A stretch of DNA of 61,359 bases, filler included, from Stramenopiles sp. TOSAG23-6 (Eukaryota): NCBI GenBank assembly GCA_900128565.1. It is 15 parts of 15 records of this genome, joined end to end, with 100 filler letters (N's around TTAATTAATTAA, not from the genome) between each part and the next. Parts side by side here need not be neighbours in the genome. Positions count along the whole stretch, not along the records: positions 49,225 to 53,203 come from LT637305.1; positions 53,304 to 57,281 come from LT637306.1; positions 57,382 to 61,359 come from LT637307.1; 12 more parts are not named here. One strand, written 5' to 3'. Position 1 is the stretch's first letter, and every line of letters begins with the position of its first letter. A model generated the notes under the pieces. That model did not search any database, was not told the DNA's origin, and was given only the letters and a program-made list of their open reading frames with translations. The translations under genes and the position numbers were made by a program. Positions 52,105-61,359 of the stretch are shown one piece after another.

Positions 52105-53153
52105 ATGGTTTGCAAATTTGGTGGAATATTTGCAATACTTCGATATGCGTTAAGAAAGTTAAACTTTAAAAGTTTCAAAAGTTTTAAAGCAGGATCCTTT
52201 ATTATGGCAATTGCAGCTGCAATATGGTATTTCTCCCGATACAAACGCAAGCGATACAAATCGTGCAATCGTGTTGCTGTAATTGGTGGTGGGATTGCAG
52301 GTATGGGATCTGCTTGGGCACTTGCAATAGGCGGAAAAGATGTTGTATTATATGAAAAGAAAAACAAATTAGGAGGCAATGCAAAAAGCTTCACACTACT
52401 GGTGTGAGCGTTCTCGCATGGCCAAAACCATATTTTCACACATATACAGAATTACTCAAACACTTAGGTGTCCAGACAGAATCACATTCATTACGTTTTT
52501 TTGTTGCAGAACGTGACAAAATTCAAAAAACGACTTCTAAGGTATTTGCTCATGATGGTAAGAAAAGAGAAAAATGGCTCGAGACTGATTTGCGACGTTG
52601 GGCTCGCCTTGTATCTTTTGTTAAATTCATTAATTCGTGGTTACAACCTTCCGCACATCCTAGCCTTTATCGGATGTGTATGTATAACCCATTAAATCTT
52701 ATTAGTTTGAAATCGCTTACGCGGATTTTCGGTTGTTCAAACAAGTTTTGGATGTCTGTATTCCGTCCTGTACATACTTCCACATTCCTTGAAACAAATA
52801 TGGATGAATTACCTGCAGTCATGGCAGAAATACTTGATGATTTAGTTCCATTTGAAAAGAATCCTGTGATGGAAACATGGTCGACTCATCCAGGTGAAGT
52901 ATTTGAAAAAATGAAATTGGAACTGTCATCACCAAAATCCGTTCGAACCAGCTGTGCTGTAACTTCAGTACAATTTAATTCAAATAAAACTGTACTAGTT
53001 ATTGATGAAGATGGTGTGGAAGAAGTATATGATACTGTGATATTTGCATGTTCTGCGCCGGCCATGTATAGAATTTTACATGGAAATAAACAAATTCGTC
53101 GTCATGGGCCAGTTGAAATATTTGAGAGATGGTTATTGAAAGGTGTGATGTAT
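52105..53153 (+). CDS. Flavin-dependent amine-oxidase-like oxidoreductase, 5' part, frameshift near 52398
   Basis: VAVIGGGIAG Rossmann motif, YEKKNKLGG, YDTVIFAC. Confidence 0.75.
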
Positions 53154-53303
53154 GTATGTTTTTTTTTTTTCAAATTCGAAGTTTTTTTTCGTACGAAATT
53201 TTGNNNNNNNNNNNNNNNNNNNNNNNNNNNNNNNNNNNNNNNNNNNNTTAATTAATTAANNNNNNNNNNNNNNNNNNNNNNNNNNNNNNNNNNNNNNNNN
53301 NNN

Positions 53304-55020
53304 TACCATCATCTTCGCCACCTTCAGATTCACCATCAGCTTCACCATCATCATCTTCGCCACCTTCAGATTCACCATCATCTTCGCCACCTTCAGATTC
53401 ACCATCATCTTCGCCACCTTCAGGTGTAACAGCATCATTTTCGCCACCTTCAGATTCACCATCATCTTTGCCACCTTCAGGTGTACCATCAGCATCTTCG
53501 CCACCTTTAGATTCACCACCATCTTCATTGTCTGCAGATATATCTTCAGCATCTTCCTTGGTTGACGCTGTTGTTTGTGCTGATGCTTTTTCACCAACCT
53601 TCTTTTTCTCTGGTGCTTTTTTCTCGGTTGATGCTGTTGTGTGTGTTGTTGTAGGCGCTGATGCTTTGTCACCAACCTTCCTTTTTTCTGGTACTTTTGT
53701 CTCGGTTGATGCTGTTGTAGATGTTTTTGTAGGTATTGGTGCTTTTTTCTCTGACAAACTTTTTCCATACTGTGATAAATGCTTCTGAAGATCTTCAACT
53801 ACTTTTAATTTTATATCCATTTCATCTGTAGGTCTCCTTTCTTGTCCATGTTCTGCATTTTTCTGGTGGTCCAATGTGTCTTTCATGTTTTTAGTCGCTA
53901 TTTTTTCCACAGATTTTATTACGTCTTCAACCTTTTCTTCAGTTTCTTTTGTGTATTTTTCTTTTTGACTTTGAAGTGCTTTGCGAGCTAGTTCCAGTGT
54001 GTTTGCCGAAAAATTGTCAAACTCATTAGAAACTTTTTCAGCAACTTCTTTTTTTTCTTCCATATGCTTATTTTGCATCTTTTCAAGTTGACTACGAATT
54101 TGTTCTGTTTCGTCTTTCGCTTCGAGATAGTCTACCTTCGCTTGCTCAATGATATGTGAAAAATTGTTTCTTTCATGCTCGACAGCTTCTTCAATAGCAT
54201 GTTTTGCCACACCAAAATCCTCTTTTTCTTGCTCTTTCAAAATAACGTTTAAATCCTTCTTGCTCTTTTCAACAGCAGATTTCACCGCGACTTTTTGATT
54301 CGTATGTTCCGAGTCTAAAAGATCTTGGATGGCTTGTGTGTTCTCTGCTTTGATCTTCTGAATTTTACGTTTGTGGTTTTTATTCATATGCTGAATTTTA
54401 CGTTTGTGGTTTTTATTCATATGTTGAAATTCAGCAGAAGCTTCCTTCATGGCAGCATCCAATACGGCTGCTTCCGTCTTTGCTTTGATCTTCTGAATTT
54501 TACGTTTGTGGTTTTTATTCATATGTTGAAATTCAGCAGAAACTTCCTTCTCGGCAGCATCCATTACGGCTGTTTCCGTCTCCACTATTACATTATCCAT
54601 AGCAGTATTTAACTCTTTTTCCTTCCTTTCATCATGCTCTTGTATAGCTTTTGAAATCATCTGATTTATCTTTTCGTGTCTCCGCAATCGTTTTTCAATT
54701 CGATTGGCTTGGTCGTTTGCTACCTGTTTTTCCTTCTCTTTTTTTTGCTTTTCAAACAATGCCTTGTGTAATTCTTCATCTCCAACAAGAAAAGGTTCTA
54801 CCACAAGGGTATTTTCAGGGTTTGTTTTCTTCGCAACATGTTTTCTTCCCGTTATATTAATTTGAAGTTTCGAAGGTAACTTTTGGAGTGTGACTGTTGT
54901 TGTTGCCGATGTTTTGTTGTTGTTTTTGTCGTCTTCGGGTTTGAGTTTAACATACACCGCATTAGTTATTGCAAAGATACTTAATAAAAATAATAATACT
55001 TGCATGTTCATATGAGGCAT
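53304..55020 (-). CDS. Secreted coiled-coil protein with acidic GESEGGEDD tandem repeats, 3' truncated
   Basis: Signal peptide VLLFLLSIFAITNA; QHMNKNHKRKI x3; repeats at 53304-53520. Confidence 0.75.
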
Positions 55021-55268
55021 GAAAATTATTGGTCGTGTGAAGATATGTTGCAAAACTCAATCGCCGGATATCCAAGCAAGATCCAAGCAAGATCCATCGG
55101 TTAAATACCTCCCAGCTAGATCGACAAACGCAATATACGTACCAGATCGACAAACCGCCAAATTCGAAAACCTCCTAAAACGCAAATGGTCAAAATCTCC
55201 TAAACGCGCGTGAAAAGTCGTCGTAAAAGAAAAAAAAATCAACACATAATAATTATATTTCTCAAAGC

Positions 55269-57281
55269 ATGGTTAATAGTTCAAACACTTGCATTTACTC
55301 ACACGATGAGTGCCTTCTGCATAACATTAAAGATCACGTTGAACAACCCGCGCGAGTTCGAGAAATTATGTTGGCTTTAAGGAGTTTTTATCCGAAAATT
55401 CCTGTTGTTGAAGCTCCATTAGCAACAGAAACACAGTTGTTGCGGTTTCATTCCGAACGGCATTTGTATCGTTTGTCTTGCGCGCATGAGCGACTGAGAG
55501 ACTTTCCTGAATTCTATAATCAAGATACTCATGTAATAAATAGTAGGAAGTCATCTGGTTCTTCTAATAAAAGAAACGGTAAAAAACTTTCAAAGAGAGA
55601 AAGAAAAGTGGAAGCTCGACAACGCCGACGGAATGAAGCGAATAAAAAACGTCACCGACCAGCCATAGCGAAGGGACAGCGAGTAGAAAAAATCGATACT
55701 GACACGTTCTTGACGCGATATACACAAAATGCATTTCTTCGAGCATCCGGTGCTTCCGTCGCTGCTGTTGATGCTGTATTATCTAGTACATATAAAAGAG
55801 CTTTCTGCGTAGTTAGACCTCCTGGGCATCATTCTGGTCCTTCAACCGCTGCTGGTTTCTGTTTCGTAAATAATATTGGAGTTGGTGTACGACATGCCCA
55901 AGAAGTGTATGGCTTGACACGTGTTGCTGTGGTTGACTTTGATGTTCATCATGGAAATGGAACACAAAAAGGTTTTGAATTAGATCCAAATGTCTTTTAC
56001 GCCTCCACGCATCAAATGCCTTTATGTATGTAGTATTTAATTTTTTTTTGGTTTTTCATAGTAAATTTTGTACCTAACATTTTTTTTATTACAAACAAAA
56101 CTAAAAAAACTACATTTTTTTAATCGTACTAAAATAAAAAAATTGTTGTTATATTGTACATATTGAATATCCAAACACTGGTAAAGCGACTGAAACAGGA
56201 TGCTGTCGGAATGTTACGAATGTACGTTTAATTTATTAATTTATTTTTCTATGATAATTTCGTACCTACAAAAAAACATTTTTTTTCATTATTCAATATT
56301 GAATTTGACATATTTTTTCACAAAACATGTACCGATGAAAAAATCCACAACTTCAGAACAATTTCAAGTCGCTTATTCTACACAAATTCTTCCAGCGTTA
56401 CACAAATTTTCACCTGAGCTTATAATGTAAGTTTCAAAATTGAATTTCAATTCTTTTTTCATAGTAAATTCCGTACCTAACGATTATTTTTACTAAACAA
56501 TATTTCTTCGCCACCCATGATTTCTGCTGGATTTGACGCACACAAAGATGATCCACTTGGGGGGATGTTACTCGTTAAAGAAGATTTTTTATGGGTTACC
56601 CTTCAACTTGTGGCTGCGGCAGAAACAATAGTTCGTTTTCATCATTTCAATTTCATTTTTTTTAATAGAAAATTTTGTACAAAAACATATTTTATCATCA
56701 TTTCAATTTCAAAATTCAGTACCTGACGAATTTCGAATTTGACATATTTTTACTAGCACGTGACTCTTGTAAAGGTCGTGTAGTATCGTGCTTGGAAGGA
56801 GGCTGTAGGTTTTGTTTGTTTCAATTTTATGTGACGAAGTATCCTATTTTTTTATTTTTAGTATGAAATTTTGTACCTTACACTCGAATTTGTTTTAAAC
56901 AAAATATCACTTTTATTAATTTTGTTGCATCGTTGACAAATTTCACACATTATATACAATGTTGAAGCCATCAAGGAATGTTCAATTGCTCATCTAAGAG
57001 CTCTTCAGAGCCCTGATGCTTTACCTGGAACTGAAGATTCGAAATTATTTATTAATGCAGTTGAATTGTATTTAAGTACAATTTCTGTAGATGAAAAGAT
57101 CGATTCTCCAGAGGGCGATAGTAGCGATATTGCAACGGTTATCAGTGTTGCCTCTGGTATTGGGAATTTTTGGTGCAAAGAGATAGAAAAAGAAAATCCA
57201 AAAATTATAAATAAATCTCAAAAAGAGATAGAAAAAGAAAATCCAAAAATTATAAATACATCTAAAAAAGAGATAGAAAAA
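55269..57281 (+). CDS. Histone deacetylase-family (class II-like) protein with five family introns, 3' truncated
   Basis: HVEQPAR, RPPGHH, GFCFVNN, DFDVHHGNGT, PL-YPNTG, N-VPM, ELIM-ISAGFDAH, LEGG-YN. Confidence 0.9.
56026..56168 (+). other. Family intron, GT-AT (143 nt)
   Basis: TTAT|GTATGT...TTGAAT|ATCCA restores PLYPNTG. Confidence 0.8.
56222..56328 (+). other. Family intron, GT-AT (107 nt)
   Basis: AAT|GTACGT...AAACAT|GTA restores NVP. Confidence 0.8.
56427..56518 (+). other. Family intron, GT-AT (92 nt) with textbook GTAAGT donor
   Basis: ATAAT|GTAAGT...CCCAT|GATT restores ELIMISAGFDAH; no AG between branch point and motif. Confidence 0.88.
56631..56761 (+). other. Family intron, probably GT-GT
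   Basis: The nearby TAG is out of frame; ATA|GTTCGT...CACGT|GAC is in frame. Confidence 0.5.
56805..56955 (+). other. Family intron, GT-AT (151 nt)
   Basis: GGCT|GTAGGT...TATAT|ACAAT restores the catalytic LEGGY. Confidence 0.82.
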
Positions 57282-57381
57282 NNNNNNNNNNNNNNNNNNN
57301 NNNNNNNNNNNNNNNNNNNNNNNNNTTAATTAATTAANNNNNNNNNNNNNNNNNNNNNNNNNNNNNNNNNNNNNNNNNNNN

Positions 57382-60216
57382 TGCTATTACCATAATACTG
57401 TCACAGAAGAATCCTCTTGGGAGTGGCCAGAAGGAGTAGAAGAAAATATGATGGCAGAGGAGGGTAAGGTCGATGTTTTACAACGGCAACATAAATTAGA
57501 GGCATTATTTCGATCTTATGATAAAGATAGTAGTGGCACGATATCAACAGAGGAATATAAACAAGTTTTGACTGATATGCATAAAAATACTAGTATAGTA
57601 AAAGCTCTATCAAACAAACAAATTGACAAACTATTGAAATCAGCTGATAAAAATAACGATGGAAAAGTAGATATCTCAGAAGCTACTATACTTACACACA
57701 CGGCCATTGAAGAATGGATGAAAAATAATGTTGGTGCGACTGCTAATACGAAACGTATGCGAAGGGCTATGCTAAAGCTACAGTTTGCAAAGACAAGAAA
57801 ATCAGCCAAGGCAGAGAAGCCACTAGAAGTACCAGTGATTGTGTGGGAGACGTGCTACACGAAAGATGGCTACTGCTATTACCATAATACTGTCACAGAA
57901 GAATCCTCTTGGGATTGGCCAGAAGGAGTAGAAGAAAATATGATTGCAGAGGAGGGTAAGGTCGATGTTTTACAACGGCAACATAAATTAGAGGCATTAT
58001 TTCGATCTTATGATAAAGATAGTAGTGGCACGATATCAACAGAGGAATATAAACAAGTTTTGACTGATATGCATAAAAATACTAGTATAGTAAAAGCTCT
58101 ATCAAACAAACAAATTGACAAACTATTGAAATCAGCTGATAAAAATAACGATGGAAAAGTAGATATCTCAGAAGCTACTATACTTACACACACGGCCATT
58201 GAAGAATGGATGAAAAATAATGTTGATATTGATCTAGAAGAAGAATCTCCTATGAAGAAAATGAATAGGGCGATGTTAAAACTACGATTTGCAAGAACAA
58301 GAAAAACAGTGAAGCCACTAGAAGTACCAGTGGTTGTGTGGGAGACGTGCTACACGGAAGATGGCTACTGCTATTACCATAATACTGTCACAGAAGAATC
58401 CTCTTGGGAGTGGCCAGAAGGAGTAGAAGAAAATATGATGGCAGAGGAGGGTAAGGTCGATGTTTTACAACGGCAACATAAATTAGAGGCATTATTTCGA
58501 TCTTATGATAAAGATAGTAGTGGCACGATATCAACAGAGGAATATAAACAAGTTTTGACTGATATGCATAAAAATACTAGTATAGTAAAAGCTCTATCAA
58601 ACAAACAAATTGACAAACTATTGAAATCAGCTGATAAAAATAACGATGGAAAAGTAGATATCTCAGAAGCTACTATACTTACACACACAGCCATTGAAGA
58701 ATGGATGAAAAATAATCTTGATATTGGTAAAGAAAAAGAATCTTCCAAGAAACGTGTGCGTAGGGCGATGTTAAAACTAAAATTTGTACAGGCAAGAGAG
58801 AATGCTTTAAAAAAAGAGATATCGGAATTGGGAGATACCTTGTCTTCCATTAAAGTGAAAATTAAAAACACCGACACCGAAAAGCAAGGTTTAGAGTCTC
58901 ATTTAAAAGAAATCAGAGTAAAAAAGGAGATGAGAAAAAAACTTGCCGTGGAAGGTAAAAGTGAATTTGATGTTTTTTTAGAAGTGGCAAAGGATAGATT
59001 AGAGAGAGTATTTCAAGAACAAAACAGTGCAATAGAGCGTGATGCGAAACTATTATTTCATTTGGCAGAGAAGCAGTACAAATATTTTATTGATGAAAAG
59101 GTTTCTGTTGATAAAGCATTTTGTATAACTACCGATTTTGATGAACTTCGAGAATCAATGTTAGACTTAATCGTTCCACAAGTATCTGATAATAATACAG
59201 AAAAGAGTAAGGAAGGACACAACAAAAAAACTACAAAAGACAAATATTCTAATGTGACTCTTACACAACTTTTACACTTACTTTCTTCTTCGATATTAAA
59301 AGGTGACAAAACAAGTAAAACCAATCAAAGTCATATGATACAAAAACCCTCGAAAGATAATTCCCATAGTACCAAAGCAACATTAGAATTAGAGAATGAG
59401 TGTACAAAGCTTAAGAAATCGAATAATTATTTTAAAGCGCGACTAGAGGAATTAGAATTTGAGTATTCCAAAAATGTTTCATTGAAAGATCGTATATGTA
59501 TTTATGAAAAGTCGAATCGAGAATTTAGTGGAAAAATCAAGAACTTTATAGATCTCCGTGCATCAGCTGAAAACCAAATTGCTATAGCTAATGAAAAGGT
59601 TGTTCGCTTAGCTGAACACATTGAAAAACTAATGTTGCATGTCAAACACGAGTCGACTAGCAAGATGAGGGCACGAAATGAAAAGAAACGCATGGAGAAT
59701 GAGGTGAAAAAACTTCGTATGAGATTGACTGGATTAGCGTCTAAAAATAAATCTAGAGATAAAGTTATTTTAGAATTAAGGGAAGGAGCAAATATTCTCC
59801 AACAGCAACTTGCATTAATGGATGAGCATTATATTGGATTGCGGGGAAAATTAGACTTTACAAGAAAACAAGCGAGGAGACATATTTTAAAAATTCAAGT
59901 GGAAGCAAATTCTTTAAGAGAGCGGTGGATAAATGCGGGTGGCTTTAACATCGAACTACTTGCACACACTGCAAAAGTTGCCAAGCCAAAAAAAGGCGGA
60001 GCTGCGTTATTTGATCTCTTGAAAAGTCCACCTTCGATGAAGACAAAAAAGGAAAAAAAACAAACCCCTTTACTTCAGAATATAGACAAGGTCAGCAATC
60101 AAACCGACATTATAGTATTACCAGCCATTCAGAACATTGTGAACGAAGAAAGAAATAGTGTAGATTTACTAAATGAATCAATGCCTTGGGGCACCAAAGC
60201 GCACGAATTATACTAA
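57382..60216 (+). CDS. Protein with three near-identical WW plus EF-hand-pair modules and a C-terminal coiled coil; 5' partial
   Basis: WETCYT.DGYCYYHNTVTEESSW.WP; DKDSSGTISTEE; DKNNDGKVDISE; units about 492-495 nt. Confidence 0.85.
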   Translation, partial: CYYHNTVTEESSWEWPEGVEENMMAEEGKVDVLQRQHKLEALFRSYDKDSSGTISTEEYKQVLTDMHKNTSIVKALSNKQIDKLLKSADKNNDGKVDISEATILTHTAIEEWMKNNVGATANTKRMRRAMLKLQFAKTRKSAKAEKPLEVPVIVWETCYTKDGYCYYHNTVTEESSWDWPEGVEENMIAEEGKVDVLQRQHKLEALFRSYDKDSSGTISTEEYKQVLTDMHKNTSIVKALSNKQIDKLLKSADKNNDGKVDISEATILTHTAIEEWMKNNVDIDLEEESPMKKMNRAMLKLRFARTRKTVKPLEVPVVVWETCYTEDGYCYYHNTVTEESSWEWPEGVEENMMAEEGKVDVLQRQHKLEALFRSYDKDSSGTISTEEYKQVLTDMHKNTSIVKALSNKQIDKLLKSADKNNDGKVDISEATILTHTAIEEWMKNNLDIGKEKESSKKRVRRAMLKLKFVQARENALKKEISELGDTLSSIKVKIKNTDTEKQGLESHLKEIRVKKEMRKKLAVEGKSEFDVFLEVAKDRLERVFQEQNSAIERDAKLLFHLAEKQYKYFIDEKVSVDKAFCITTDFDELRESMLDLIVPQVSDNNTEKSKEGHNKKTTKDKYSNVTLTQLLHLLSSSILKGDKTSKTNQSHMIQKPSKDNSHSTKATLELENECTKLKKSNNYFKARLEELEFEYSKNVSLKDRICIYEKSNREFSGKIKNFIDLRASAENQIAIANEKVVRLAEHIEKLMLHVKHESTSKMRARNEKKRMENEVKKLRMRLTGLASKNKSRDKVILELREGANILQQQLALMDEHYIGLRGKLDFTRKQARRHILKIQVEANSLRERWINAGGFNIELLAHTAKVAKPKKGGAALFDLLKSPPSMKTKKEKKQTPLLQNIDKVSNQTDIIVLPAIQNIVNEERNSVDLLNESMPWGTKAHELY

Positions 60217-60309
60217 ATAAAAATAACTATAAAATAAACTATAAAATACCAAAGCACACGAATTATACTAAACATAAAAATAACTATAAAATACTATATT
60301 TTCACTACA

Positions 60310-61294
60310 TTATTTTTTTTCACTTTGAACCGACCATTTACATTGGTTATAATCTACATTATATACAAAACTTCGATAATTATTAATTTCACCAATTCCT
60401 TCATCTTGTCGGTCTTTGCCGACTTTAATATAGATCTCTTCATTACATTGTATATATTGTAAAAAATTGGCTAGTTGAACATGATCTCCTGATAAAGCAT
60501 CGGTTAGTAACTCTCGCAGATACGACCACTGTGAATATTTCATCCTATGTATTATGAAAAAATATTACAATATGTTTGTTATTAGGTACAAAATTTCGTA
60601 CGAAAAAAAAACAGACAAAAAAAATGAAAACGTACATGAACATGTCGAGGCCAAACACCATCTATTTTTTTCATTTCTATTTCATTCTGATCAGATATGG
60701 ATATTCGTATTCTTTCATCAGGAATTTCTAATTTACCAGAGAAAACTTTACTGAGCCACAAACATTGAATATCAAACAATTGAAATGGTAAAATTCCATA
60801 TGGCAAACCAATCAAGGCAAGTGTTGGATATTTCGCATGAAGTATCCCTTTATAGAGTGGTGATGCAAATCGCATCGTTTTATCAAATACAGGAATATCT
60901 AAAAAGCTAGACACGGAATACGATGCATTGTGAAAAGATATTTTTAAAAGTTTGAAAGGTGATGAAATCAAAGATAAAATGATATTTGTAGATTAGAGTC
61001 AAAAAGTCGAAAAACGTCGAAAAACGTGTTTTTGTGAAATCACTCTATTGTAGTCGCTCAAATTGGAGTTCTGTGATTGAATTAGAAGGATGATGTAATA
61101 CAAAATAAATGTACAACTGCTGCTGTAGCACGAAAAAAACAAAAATGAAATTCATGATGAAAGCGTACAATATCCAGTAGCTAATATAACTTCATCAATA
61201 TTTGATAAAATTTCGCCATTTTCTAAAATGACGTTATGACCATCAAAACTTTGAATATTTGGCATAACCCGAAAATCATTTTCGGATGATTTAC
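60310..61294 (-). CDS. Flavin-containing monooxygenase-like, 3' part; GT-AT introns 60547-60635 and 60923-61168
   Basis: IDEVILATGY-SYS, PLYKGI, PTLALIGLP..ILPFQLFDIQ, RHVH-RMKYSQWSY. Confidence 0.8.
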
Positions 61295-61359
61295 ATGTAT
61301 TGTTAAAAAAATTAAATTCGAAATTTGTTAGGTACAAAATTTCGTACGAAAAAAAAAAT

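Noticed and set aside
12905-52410. Programmed frameshifting, alternative genetic code or mass pseudogenisation (shifts near 13063, 13855, 15980, 20835, 22045, 22618, 43977, 52398)
   Set aside because: Most shifts fall in homopolymers or at an N in a low-quality assembly; long ORFs read cleanly and end at standard stops.
3684-61168. Reading the introns as U12-type AT-AC introns (2-nt shifted register)
   Set aside because: Formally possible where AT flanks both junctions, but the shift gives AT-CC, AT-GA, CT-AT, TT-AT and TT-GC ends at 56427, 56026, 56805, 15224 and 61168. The RTATCCTT donor consensus is absent and GTAAGT/GTATGT fit U2 donors.
3684-61359. Ciliate-like IES (DNA-excised) elements or a CRISPR-like array
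   Set aside because: Elements are dispersed, almost always sense to the host gene, and carry donor and CTAAC branch motifs; there is no regular repeat-spacer structure and no cas genes. DNA excision cannot be fully excluded without reads.

Overview
AT-rich eukaryotic (protist, plausibly stramenopile-like; lineage is inference) genomic DNA. It consists of about 15 contigs of ~4 kb joined by artificial N45-TTAATTAATTAA-N44 linkers, and the first contig is present twice identically (1-4020 = 4121-8140). It is gene-dense and uses the standard code. Recognisable genes: two telobox-Myb (TRF-like) proteins, a CAP-Gly/IQ protein, DUF4349, a NIPA Mg transporter, heme oxygenase, AP-4 beta, RAD51B, a TBC Rab-GAP, TRRAP, the FOXRED1 3' end, a two-pore-like channel, UGGT, a flavin oxidoreductase, an HDAC, a WW/EF-hand repeat protein, an FMO and several secreted low-complexity proteins. 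The main discovery is a family of dozens of sequence-related ~90-150 nt introns (consensus GTAYGTTTT...TTTCGTACGAAATTTTGTACCTAAC...AAATATTTTTCCAAAATACAT). To restore conserved protein motifs, most of them must end in AT rather than AG. Their 5' ends are GT, GC, GA or AT with near-invariant +3A/+5G/+6T. This points to an introner-like invasion spliced by a spliceosome with relaxed or reprogrammed 3' splice-site recognition. All splice calls come from reading frame and protein motifs read by eye; no RNA evidence is available.
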